DNA from: an uncultured virus (IMG/VR IMGVR_UViG_3300014656_001812)
Lineage: Duplodnaviria > Heunggongvirae > Uroviricota > Caudoviricetes
Virus record (IMG/VR): IMGVR_UViG_3300014656_001812
Length of the DNA: 20,000 nt
Strand: one strand, 5' to 3'
Part shown: positions 8,823-17,467 of the stretch, piece by piece
Position numbering within the stretch: position 1 is the stretch's first letter
Layout of the letters: the number at the start of each line of letters is the position of its first letter
Notes under the pieces: model-generated
The model's database searches: none
The model's input: only the letters and a program-made list of their open reading frames with translations
Told to the model about the DNA's origin: nothing
Program-made: the position numbers and the translations under genes

Positions 8823-11800
8823 TACAGATATCCTCCCATAAGGATATTCTCAGCATAATATTTAGTACGATCCTCTTTAATATTGAAGTGAACATCTATC
8901 CTGCTATTATAAGTATTAGATTCTAGAACTTTAATATTGAAATTTTCAATATTATTAGATACAAACATTTCAGTCAGCTTTGTCTTAACATCAGGAGTGC
9001 GCCTATGTATTGATGGCAAACATTCAAGTTCTCCTTCTCTACCAGAAGGCCACAGATTGAGTTCGTGAGCATCTATTGCTAGATCATGCGCAACATTTAC
9101 CTTAAAGTCATCCAAAGAAGTATCAGGATTCCATATTTCGTGATCTGGCGAGGGCAACCAATGAGATTGGAAATAATCTATTAGATTAATCTTGGGCTGT
9201 GACTTATGCCATTGTAGCATTAGTGCCCGCCTTGTATCACTAGGAACTTTCTTTAGTATTTCTTCCTGTTCTTCTTCACCGGCATCCAGCCATGAAGGAA
9301 TATATCCACGCATTCTTTTGGGTAGCGCGCGCATCATTTGGGCAACACTTGATCTCGTATCAAGGGCTACTACAGTTGATTCATATTGGTGTTTATAATA
9401 TAATCCTTTCTGTATAATGTCAGGTAATCCAGCAAGATCACCAGACTGAAGCATATTCAATATCTGATCTGCTTGATCATATGCTCCAGCAACTTCCTGA
9501 TCTTCTATTATAATTTCTGGCGGTATATTTTGAAGTTTATCGGTAGAAGAAACAATGTCTGCTAATTTCTTCAGGTTAATACCAAGATACTCATCAGAGA
9601 GATCCGAAGCGTGCTCAAATAACATCTTGAACTTTATATATTTAATCCTATCGAACCACTCTTCTATATCTCTCATCTGTCTCTCATCTCTGGGAATATA
9701 GGTCCTTCCAATTGAACTTGGATTAAGAGCAGTACGTAAGAGAGATGTAGCAAGACCTATCGCAGCACCATAGACACCCCCTGTCATTGAACGGCGCGCA
9801 CCTCTGGTAAGATTAAGGACAACACCAACGGCAGCGCCAGCGGTAGCCGCGGGTAATGGATCTTTACTACTCAGAGCAGTGTATGTAGCCTTAACGTGCT
9901 TAAATAAATTAAATCCCATATATTGATCGCCATATAATTGTCGCCGCGAGTAGTGTTCTAAGGCTGACATCTTACCAAGTTTATTGGTGATAGGAGTATC
10001 GGCGTGTATAATAGATTCCCACGCTTTCTCTAATGCCCCTGCCCTCTTTCCGTGAATAGCCTCATAATCGGCGGCTGACACAGGCTCATCCATTGGCTCA
10101 AATAGGGCTTCTTCTCTCATTGCCTGAGCGACACTCGTGCCGTGAACATAAAACGCCGCGACCTTCTCTCCTGGTACCCACCTCATACTCAGAGAAGTAT
10201 TCATAAGTAATTCGGTTAATTTTTCCCGCGCGATATCTTCTCTTCCCTCAACTGGTCTTCCTAATCCAGCAACGCGCATAACCTGAACGTCATCACCAGC
10301 CTGAACCTTGAATGTATAGGCGCCAACTTGTCCAAGAATCTTAGCGGGAGATTCCTTGAGCGGATATTTGAATAATCTTTCATCAAAGACATGGCGCTTC
10401 TTCATCATACGCGCTTTCTCTTGTATCTCTTTAATTCTTATCTTGTCTTCTTTGCTATGCGCCTGTTCCTGCGCTTTCTTTAGTTCTACCTCATATTCAG
10501 GAGACCAAGGCGCGACATCTGCCAGTATATCCGCGCGTGCCATAGGCTTGTAGGTTTCATATGGAGAAATTAATCCTCGTTCCATCATTGAAGCAAGTTT
10601 CTGTTGGGCGCTTCCTAAAGTCTCAAGGTCTTTTGTGAGACGCGCTTTATCCATCTGAACGGGCACAAGCATTCTATCAGATGGATTAGCGCGGTTCACA
10701 TATAATATATATCCATCATTTAGACCAAGAGAATACATATAGAAGTTAGCCTGCGAGATATGTGTATTCTGCGCTATACCTGCTCTCGCGGCGTTCATAG
10801 TATTCTTGCCAGCTGTCTTTATCTCTACAACAGCAGGACCTGCAGGACCTTGAATAATAGCATCGATATATCCAGTTAGGCCAGACTCTGGATCGCGCAC
10901 CTCTACTTCTGAATCTATCAATATCCCTTTGGTTTCTAATTCTTGCTGTATTGATCTATGAAGCATCGTGCCAGCCTCAAGAATTTCTTCTTGATAAGAC
11001 GGCAGGTTCTGTTCAAAGTTGGTAAGATAAGCTATTATCTCTGCCTCTGACTTACCTAAGATAGAAGGTCCAGGATGACGCACGATTTCCCCTAGCCCTC
11101 CATGTGTAGCTTCATATGTTCTGCCAGGAAGTCGATAAATTCCCTGTATAATCTTAGAATTATGAGTAGCAATGCCAGCAACACAAAAGGAATTATCTTG
11201 TGGAACATCAAACCCAATAAAATCTGTATCAATTTGTACTTCTTCAGTCTTATAAACTTTCATAAATATAAAATCATCAGTCAAAATGGTAAATCCAGCA
11301 TTTTTATTCTGCATAAAAGGAATCTCAATATCCAAATTCATTTTATGTGCTAATACACTAGCATCATTTCCATATACTTTTAAGGTAAATTCTATACTAT
11401 TCTCGACAATACTTTCTCCAATAATAATATTTTTACGTATGCGATTGTAAATATTACTTCTAATTCCTAATCTTAACAACAACTTTCTAATTTGCAACAA
11501 TAATTGTTGATTACAAGACGAAAAAGATAATATAAGAGTGGTACCATAACCGTCATGGCGCACCCTGTCATACCCATCTCCTTCGAGATATCCATGTATT
11601 AACCCAAGAACAAATTCATCAGGGGCGTCCATGACCCAGTCTGGTATAGACTTATTATGGGAGTTATTACCAAAAACATCTCTTAGTACTTTTGCCAATG
11701 ACGGATTATGGCGGCAACATTTAATTCCTTTCCGAGAACGGCCATTATAAAGACGACCATCTTTATATACCTTGAGGGGATTTTGCCGTATGGATACTAG

Positions 11801-14800
11801 CCAATCGTTAAATATTGGAAGCAACGTTTCTTCTTCTTTTTGATGAAGGCTTAGATAAATCTGGTTTTTATCAGTACTTCCTTCTGCTAAAAATAATCCC
11901 ATAGCAAATCCGGATAATCTATCCAGAGTTAAAATCCGTAACAAAGGACAGTTATAATCTTTTAAGACTTCTGGATTAGCGAGAGGACGAGGATAAACAA
12001 CATAGTCTCCAGGAACTAACTTGTCGGCGTTTTTCCATTCAAATCTATTTTTGATCATATAGAGATCGTACTCGTCCTTATCCATTATCCTAATATTACC
12101 AAATAGATCTTTTGTTATTTTTCTATCTTTCGCCATGAAATCTAGAATAACACGAACATTTGCAGGATGCAATCCGGTCAATTCTGAAATCTGTTTCTTT
12201 TTAACATTGGGAAAATCCTTAAGCACTCGAAGAATAGTATTGGCATACTCATATCTTTTTATAAGCCTTAAAGGTTGCCGGGATTGATATCCTACGTTAG
12301 AACAAACCAAGAAGGGATGTTCTTTAGATACAACGATATCCACCCCTGATAACGATGCTATGTTCACTCGGTATGCCTTTTCATCCTCGGTTCTCAGACG
12401 ATCAAAAATGGCAATAGGACTTATAAGATTTCCTTTATGAGTAACGAGTTCATCCTGAATAATAACATCCTTTGCTTTCTTGAAATCTAGTTTCCCAGTC
12501 TCTATCAATGTTTCTGGAGATACACAATATGGATTACCCATTCGGAAGTTAATGAAGTTATCGGAGTTATGAACGGCTATCCCATACGCATTATAAGTCT
12601 GCGTATTGGCTACCTGTAAATTATATACTTTGCATTTCGTATCTTTTTTATTTACTGATTTAACACGCCTGAGAATATATCCTTTATGTACCACAGAACC
12701 AGATTGATGATTTGTATCAGTTGTGCGGGAGATTTTCCGTCCATAAGAATTTGTTAATTGACGTAATTTGTATCCTCCTTGTGCAGAAATGGTTATGGTA
12801 TATTGTTCTTTCTTGTCTTCTCTGCCAGAAGATGATATTATCTCGAATTGTGCCAAGATTGCTTTTATGGACGTTAAAAGCGATAAGGACGTACTTGTGG
12901 CCGATAATGAGCCATTAAAGCAACATCCGTCACCCTCAATATATCCAGAAACGATGCCGAGTTTTAATTCATCGCTTGATGAATATACCCAATCTGGAAT
13001 GTACTTTGAATTTGATAGATGGCCAAATTGACTTCTAAGCCAAGCACAAAGTTCGACGGAATTTGCCTGGCTTACTATACATCCCGTGCCATCCTCTCTA
13101 TAAACAGGCTTATGATGAGTATGAACAGAATGTCTTGAGCAAAAATCATCTAGCGCTATTCTTTGATGTTCTTCGTTTTTTCCAGAACCGAATACTACAT
13201 TATATTTGGTAGCGTGCCCTTCAGAGAGATAGAATCCTATGGCCACCCCCGTGATAAAATCGTCCTCAATAGAATAATTGCTAAGTTTTATACGACCACG
13301 CGCAGGCTTTTGTATGATGTCTGGGATAGAACATCGTGGGACAGATTGAATTATCGGCTCTAGTACAAAGTCGCCTGGAGTTATACTTTGGGCAGCAGTC
13401 CATTCTGGCTCCGAATATTGTTTGGTCTTACAATATTTACAGGGTTTATTATTATTTGGGTGAAGTCCAGGTATACAATATCTATTCCTTTTATGATATG
13501 GACATCTATCCGATTTAATAACAAGGAATGGATGATCTTGTGTAGAAATGATATTTGATGATATACCTTGTGCCTCTATTTCTATAAGATAATCGGTATA
13601 ATCGCGTTCATTAACCTGCTCAATTGCATTAAATGTGCCATCGTGTGATAATACGCGGTCGCCTATAGCAAGACTTTCTATGGTAACCATGCCTTTATCA
13701 GTTAACACTTTGGTGCCAGCTATAAAACAACCTGGCATCCACGTCGGTTGATCATTCCTAATTCTATTAACGGCTTGTCCCCTGCGCGGTGGCGCCCAGA
13801 GACGACGAGGTATCTCACTGAATTCCTCATAAGGAAGACCACCAAGTTGCAGATCTTTTAATGCGAAGCCAGCAGAGAAATAATCTCCAGGTGTCTCGAA
13901 CCTAGACCTGAATAACTGGTCTTCTCCTACTAATTCCTGGAGCGCCCAACCACGAAGTCCAGCAACTTCTGTCAGTGAATGGAATACTTGAGAGAGTCCT
14001 TCCTTAACTCCAGTGCCCATCGCGGGCGCGGCGGCAAGATTAGCAGATGTTTCATTTAGGCCAACAAGAACATCACGAGAAAATAACGTTCCCTTGCCTG
14101 GACGACCAAGGGAACTAAATTCCCCAGTAGAACCATAGCCAGCTTGTCTAATTGGTATGCCTGCTATTTGAGGTCCAGGAGCACCAGCACCCATTGCATA
14201 GGTAATGTCTCCGGAGGTTACAGCGACGCCCGCACCAGTCCCCCCTCCTCCACCTGGACCCCCAGCACCAATGGCTTGCTGTAATCTTATAGGTGGCTTT
14301 ATCCATCCTAAGAAAAGATTTGCTACGGCTCCGTGTGGTGTATTAGGATCAAAGGGTGGCGCACTAATCTCATATGGCATATCTCGGTAATGTAATTTCT
14401 CTTGATGATATCTATCAAATACACGGCTCCTGAGAGGATTCAGATACCACGACCAATAGTCTCCTTCCTCTTCTCCATACATCTGGCGTAGATATTCGCC
14501 GCGCGCTTCTTTCTTCTTATATATATTTGGAACAGTAGCAATGGCGCCTTCTCCAAGGAATGGAGTATTAGAAAGAGTCCAGAATCTGCCTTTGCGTATT
14601 ACCTTCTCTCCTTCAAGATAATACTTCTCTTTCTCCTCTCTCTCTCCCCTCATTGAAGCAAGGCCAAGATTTATATTTACCCAAGCATTGACGGCGGTGC
14701 CATATAGTCCTTCGTGGCCTCCTTTCCTTTGAAGAAAATCAACAAATGAGGCAATGTTATATGTAGCACCAATAGCAGTAGTCGCCGCAGCGATGGCTAG

Positions 14801-17029
14801 AAGCTGCTGTTTAGGATTGGCCATATTATCACGGAAGAAATTACCAACAAGAGGCACGCCCGACATAAACTGAGAGATAGGCATAAATAACTGGTGCCAC
14901 ATCATAGACGATGTGCTGTATCTATCTGTCATCAGATTAGACGCATCAGCAGCGGAACCCTTAATAGCATCCCATATTGCCGAGGCCCCTTCCGCTTGTG
15001 ATATAGCCTTATTAGTTCCTATAAGGCCAGATATCACTTCTCCTATCGCCGAACCTTGTGATAGCCCCCTTGCCGATGCCTCTTCGGCTGTAATCGCCCC
15101 AGTTGTTACGGCTCGCTCTAATGCTTCATCAACAGTTGCTCTAACAGCACTCGATGCGCGGCTAAAGAAAGGATACATAATCTTTTCATATGCTTCTACC
15201 TCTCTGGCCCATTGAATATGAGGCTTATCAAAAGGACGGGAAGTGAATAATGCTTCATTTTCTAAAAGCGTATCTTTCAGGAATTGACGTAGCGCGCGGG
15301 TCTCTACTGTAGAACGTTCAAAGTCTATATTCAGCCAAGCATTGAGAGGCTCATCTACACCAGCAGTACGCATATACTCGGCAGCCCTATCTCCTTGCTT
15401 CTTCAGCATACGTATTACTGCTATATCTTCTCCTGACAACTTCTTACCAACTGCCAGGTGTCCTGGGTCAAGCATAGAAGTTAGGCCTGCGAATTCAGGC
15501 ATTGAACGAGATACTAATACATCTCCTGGTATCTTTGTTCCTTCGTTGAAATAGCCAAGAGCTTCTAGTAATTTATCACGATTGGCTAAGAGTTCGCCAA
15601 CCTTCCAGTTCTTACCTGCTTCGCCAGCGATGACAATATCGTGCGCAGCGACAGGGATCTTTTCAAACTTAGATCTCTGAAGCAAGAACTTTTCCATCTG
15701 ATTCAAGAAGACGCGCTCATCTATACGCCCATAACCAAAGACACTATCTGGTGTGAGATTGCGGTCATTCTTGAACAACTTCATAACGGTAGGAGGATAG
15801 AGATTATCAGCAGAGGGGCGGTCTTTGAGAAGAAAGGATAGAGCGTATTCTCTGAAGGAGCGAGGCCTAAACCCAAATCCTATAGCAGGAGAGAGATAGC
15901 GCCCGAGGCCCGCGGAGGTCTTCATCGGCTTGACGAGCCCAATGGGCATCTGAACGCCTATATCACTATTAGCAAGATTATATAATTTGGTCCCTATATT
16001 ATAATACATCCCCGAGCCTTTGAAGCCAGGGATAGCCTGTCCAGAAAAGATATGGAACATCGTCTCTGGACCATAGAATGGCACCACCATTGAGCGCAAA
16101 CTCGTAAGTGGATTATAACCAATTATAGGAACGAGAGGGATATCAGCGGCCTTTGCATAGAGTGCACTAAAGAATTCCTTCCTTCCCTTTACAGAGAGGA
16201 GTTCATCGGTCTTGTTAACATACAGGGCACTATCTATCGATATGAGCTCCGAGATTTGACGGTTGGTATCTCCTACCTTATATGTCTCTTCTACTAATTG
16301 ATCAAAGAAGTTTCTTGCCTGTCCTCCTTCTGTAAATTGTCCCTGTATATTTTCGAACATCTCTCGATATTCGGCAGGAGCACCCTGCCTTTGAATATCG
16401 TAAAGGCTTAGTCTCTTCGTCGCGGTAGGCTCGAATAACTTATCCCATACACTTGCCTTGCTGGTAGGTAATAGTCGGGGTGTAGCCTTAACAATTCGCG
16501 TCTGTATAAAACTTCTCTGTGAGTCGGTCAGAGTACCATAGAGGGTCATATTACGGATAAAATCAACTTGCCCCTGAGATACCCCTTCTGGTAAAGAAAT
16601 ACCGTGTTGTAAATGTTCAACGACTCTATAGATTTCAGCAGTAGGCATTCCTCGCACTGTAGGATGAGCCTTCATCGCCTTTTCTATCTCTTGAATAGGA
16701 ACAGTCTTAGAAATACCAAGTTCGCGCCCGACGTGATGAACATACTTAACAAGGTCCAATTCAGATGTATAGGGAAGAGTAGAAGGAACCCTATTCTTTA
16801 GTAAGGATTCGAGACGTGCGATTTCCTTTTGGCCTTCAAATAGAAGACGACTACCAGCATATTCTTTTATTACCTGACTATACTTAGTAGCGACGGCCTC
16901 GGTAAAATGCTCGCGAACAAACCTAGCAGCAATACCTGTAGCGCCAGACTTAACCACCAACGCGGCGCCAGCGACTAAAGCTACGCCCTTAAGGGTACTC
17001 CTAAATCTAGCCTGTTCTTTATGCTTCAT
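8822..17029 (-). CDS. 2735-aa intein-containing giant virion protein in the tape-measure position (1891 aa after splicing), with PD-(D/E)XK nuclease and SNase-like domains
   Basis: Directly follows the frameshifting chaperone pair. Ala/Gly-rich hydrophobic segments (GVALVAGAALVV; LLAIAAATTAIGATY; AATAGAAVGVVL...GGVYGAAIGLATSLL), Gly-rich linker GAGGPGGGGGTGAG, two inteins and nuclease motifs. Confidence 0.75.
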   Translation of the reverse strand: MKHKEQARFRSTLKGVALVAGAALVVKSGATGIAARFVREHFTEAVATKYSQVIKEYAGSRLLFEGQKEIARLESLLKNRVPSTLPYTSELDLVKYVHHVGRELGISKTVPIQEIEKAMKAHPTVRGMPTAEIYRVVEHLQHGISLPEGVSQGQVDFIRNMTLYGTLTDSQRSFIQTRIVKATPRLLPTSKASVWDKLFEPTATKRLSLYDIQRQGAPAEYREMFENIQGQFTEGGQARNFFDQLVEETYKVGDTNRQISELISIDSALYVNKTDELLSVKGRKEFFSALYAKAADIPLVPIIGYNPLTSLRSMVVPFYGPETMFHIFSGQAIPGFKGSGMYYNIGTKLYNLANSDIGVQMPIGLVKPMKTSAGLGRYLSPAIGFGFRPRSFREYALSFLLKDRPSADNLYPPTVMKLFKNDRNLTPDSVFGYGRIDERVFLNQMEKFLLQRSKFEKIPVAAHDIVIAGEAGKNWKVGELLANRDKLLEALGYFNEGTKIPGDVLVSRSMPEFAGLTSMLDPGHLAVGKKLSGEDIAVIRMLKKQGDRAAEYMRTAGVDEPLNAWLNIDFERSTVETRALRQFLKDTLLENEALFTSRPFDKPHIQWAREVEAYEKIMYPFFSRASSAVRATVDEALERAVTTGAITAEEASARGLSQGSAIGEVISGLIGTNKAISQAEGASAIWDAIKGSAADASNLMTDRYSTSSMMWHQLFMPISQFMSGVPLVGNFFRDNMANPKQQLLAIAAATTAIGATYNIASFVDFLQRKGGHEGLYGTAVNAWVNINLGLASMRGEREEKEKYYLEGEKVIRKGRFWTLSNTPFLGEGAIATVPNIYKKKEARGEYLRQMYGEEEGDYWSWYLNPLRSRVFDRYHQEKLHYRDMPYEISAPPFDPNTPHGAVANLFLGWIKPPIRLQQAIGAGGPGGGGGTGAGVAVTSGDITYAMGAGAPGPQIAGIPIRQAGYGSTGEFSSLGRPGKGTLFSRDVLVGLNETSANLAAAPAMGTGVKEGLSQVFHSLTEVAGLRGWALQELVGEDQLFRSRFETPGDYFSAGFALKDLQLGGLPYEEFSEIPRRLWAPPRRGQAVNRIRNDQPTWMPGCFIAGTKVLTDKGMVTIESLAIGDRVLSHDGTFNAIEQVNERDYTDYLIEIEAQGISSNIISTQDHPFLVIKSDRCPYHKRNRYCIPGLHPNNNKPCKYCKTKQYSEPEWTAAQSITPGDFVLEPIIQSVPRCSIPDIIQKPARGRIKLSNYSIEDDFITGVAIGFYLSEGHATKYNVVFGSGKNEEHQRIALDDFCSRHSVHTHHKPVYREDGTGCIVSQANSVELCAWLRSQFGHLSNSKYIPDWVYSSSDELKLGIVSGYIEGDGCCFNGSLSATSTSLSLLTSIKAILAQFEIISSSGREDKKEQYTITISAQGGYKLRQLTNSYGRKISRTTDTNHQSGSVVHKGYILRRVKSVNKKDTKCKVYNLQVANTQTYNAYGIAVHNSDNFINFRMGNPYCVSPETLIETGKLDFKKAKDVIIQDELVTHKGNLISPIAIFDRLRTEDEKAYRVNIASLSGVDIVVSKEHPFLVCSNVGYQSRQPLRLIKRYEYANTILRVLKDFPNVKKKQISELTGLHPANVRVILDFMAKDRKITKDLFGNIRIMDKDEYDLYMIKNRFEWKNADKLVPGDYVVYPRPLANPEVLKDYNCPLLRILTLDRLSGFAMGLFLAEGSTDKNQIYLSLHQKEEETLLPIFNDWLVSIRQNPLKVYKDGRLYNGRSRKGIKCCRHNPSLAKVLRDVFGNNSHNKSIPDWVMDAPDEFVLGLIHGYLEGDGYDRVRHDGYGTTLILSFSSCNQQLLLQIRKLLLRLGIRSNIYNRIRKNIIIGESIVENSIEFTLKVYGNDASVLAHKMNLDIEIPFMQNKNAGFTILTDDFIFMKVYKTEEVQIDTDFIGFDVPQDNSFCVAGIATHNSKIIQGIYRLPGRTYEATHGGLGEIVRHPGPSILGKSEAEIIAYLTNFEQNLPSYQEEILEAGTMLHRSIQQELETKGILIDSEVEVRDPESGLTGYIDAIIQGPAGPAVVEIKTAGKNTMNAARAGIAQNTHISQANFYMYSLGLNDGYILYVNRANPSDRMLVPVQMDKARLTKDLETLGSAQQKLASMMERGLISPYETYKPMARADILADVAPWSPEYEVELKKAQEQAHSKEDKIRIKEIQEKARMMKKRHVFDERLFKYPLKESPAKILGQVGAYTFKVQAGDDVQVMRVAGLGRPVEGREDIAREKLTELLMNTSLSMRWVPGEKVAAFYVHGTSVAQAMREEALFEPMDEPVSAADYEAIHGKRAGALEKAWESIIHADTPITNKLGKMSALEHYSRRQLYGDQYMGFNLFKHVKATYTALSSKDPLPAATAGAAVGVVLNLTRGARRSMTGGVYGAAIGLATSLLRTALNPSSIGRTYIPRDERQMRDIEEWFDRIKYIKFKMLFEHASDLSDEYLGINLKKLADIVSSTDKLQNIPPEIIIEDQEVAGAYDQADQILNMLQSGDLAGLPDIIQKGLYYKHQYESTVVALDTRSSVAQMMRALPKRMRGYIPSWLDAGEEEQEEILKKVPSDTRRALMLQWHKSQPKINLIDYFQSHWLPSPDHEIWNPDTSLDDFKVNVAHDLAIDAHELNLWPSGREGELECLPSIHRRTPDVKTKLTEMFVSNNIENFNIKVLESNTYNSRIDVHFNIKEDRTKYYAENILMGGYL
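10100..10348 (-). other. Degenerate thermonuclease (SNase)-like OB domain
   Basis: AKILGQVGAYTFKV...MRVAGLGRPVE...AREKLTELL...AAFYVHGTSVAQAMREEAL follows the SNase pattern (VIDGDT; RLxGIDAPE; AxxxLxxLL; AxVYxxGxxVNxxLVxxGLA), but the catalytic Asp positions are replaced. Confidence 0.5.
10640..11060 (-). other. PD-(D/E)XK (RecB/Cas4-like) nuclease domain, boundaries approximate
   Basis: AGTMLHRSIQ, GYID2056AII, VVE2069IKT, HISQANFY and GYILYVNR motifs. No Fe-S cysteines visible. Confidence 0.85.
11159..12526 (-). mobile_element. Intein 2 (456 aa, residues 1502-1957) with LAGLIDADG homing endonuclease and an HTH insertion
   Basis: N-terminus Y/CVSPETLI, block B VVSKEHPFL, LAGLIDADG-like AMGLFLAEGS and LIHGYLEGDG, C-terminus FDVPQDNSFCVAGIATHN/S. 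AT-rich (15/60 GC in 11341-11400). Confidence 0.95.
12566..13729 (-). mobile_element. Intein 1 (388 aa, residues 1101-1488) with LAGLIDADG homing endonuclease and a Cys-rich insertion
   Basis: N-terminus G/CFIAGTKVLT, block B STQDHPFL, AIGFYLSEGH and IVSGYIEGDG, C-terminus VYNLQVANTQTYNAYGIAVHN/S. Confidence 0.95.
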
Positions 17030-17059
17030 AATAAAAGAGGACCGCTAACCTACGGTCCC
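17030..17059 (-). terminator. Possible weak intrinsic terminator or translation-modulating hairpin
   Basis: Minus strand GGGACCGU-AGGUUA-GCGGUCCU followed by CUUUUAUU and then the AUG of the 2735-aa gene. Confidence 0.4.
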
Positions 17060-17455
17060 TGACCTCTTATAGACCCCAGGTATATTATCGGGAGCGCGAG
17101 GTGTTGGGGTTGAATATAGTCGTTCTATGTCTTTCAGGAATTCTTCCTTGCTCTGTTCGACCTGTTTGGCTTGCTCAGGAACAACAGAAGGCACCCTAAA
17201 GCATTCAGCAAGGTCTATCTGTAGCGTCATAGGAATCATTGTTACCTTGCCATTCTGAGCCACCATTGGTGACGATATAGACCGATATGTATTAAGGACA
17301 TATTCAGCCTTTGCTACATATTCACACCAGTTATCTATTGGAAGCCTAAGGACATCAGAATAGGGCATCCTTAGTGTTTCTACTATTAATAGATCTAATT
17401 GTTCGAATAGGTCTTGAGAGATTCTATCGCGGGCGCGCAAAATCTTCGCGCCCAC
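17045..17455 (-). CDS. Tail assembly chaperone T-like ORF, probably expressed as a -1 frameshift fusion (~280 aa) with the upstream ORF
   Basis: Lies in the -1 frame relative to 17455..17886. Its GTG has no SD and is buried in a hairpin. LRMPYSDVLRLPIDNW resembles the short helical signature of gpGT C-terminal parts. Confidence 0.7.
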   Translation of the reverse strand: MGAKILRARDRISQDLFEQLDLLIVETLRMPYSDVLRLPIDNWCEYVAKAEYVLNTYRSISSPMVAQNGKVTMIPMTLQIDLAECFRVPSVVPEQAKQVEQSKEEFLKDIERLYSTPTPRAPDNIPGVYKRSGTVG

Positions 17456-17467
17456 TAGAGTTTTTTT
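17429..17467 (-). promoter_or_regulatory. Programmed -1 ribosomal frameshift signal
   Basis: Slippery A AAA AAA (17467-17461), 5-nt spacer CUCUA, then hairpin GUGGGCGCG-AAGAUUUUG-CGCGCCCGC. The -1 frame reads ACT CTA GTG GGC into the next ORF. Confidence 0.8.

Noticed and set aside
10640..11060. CRISPR-associated Cas4 or a CRISPR locus
   Set aside because: No repeat-spacer array or other cas genes seen, no Fe-S cysteines, and the domain is fused in a giant protein.
11159..13729. AT-rich region as a group I/II intron or separate island
   Set aside because: Reading frame is uninterrupted and canonical intein termini explain the compositional shift.
14160..14280. GC-rich low-complexity stretch as an RNA element or collagen repeat
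   Set aside because: Explained by a Gly/Ala/Pro linker codon run; no sustained G-x-y periodicity.
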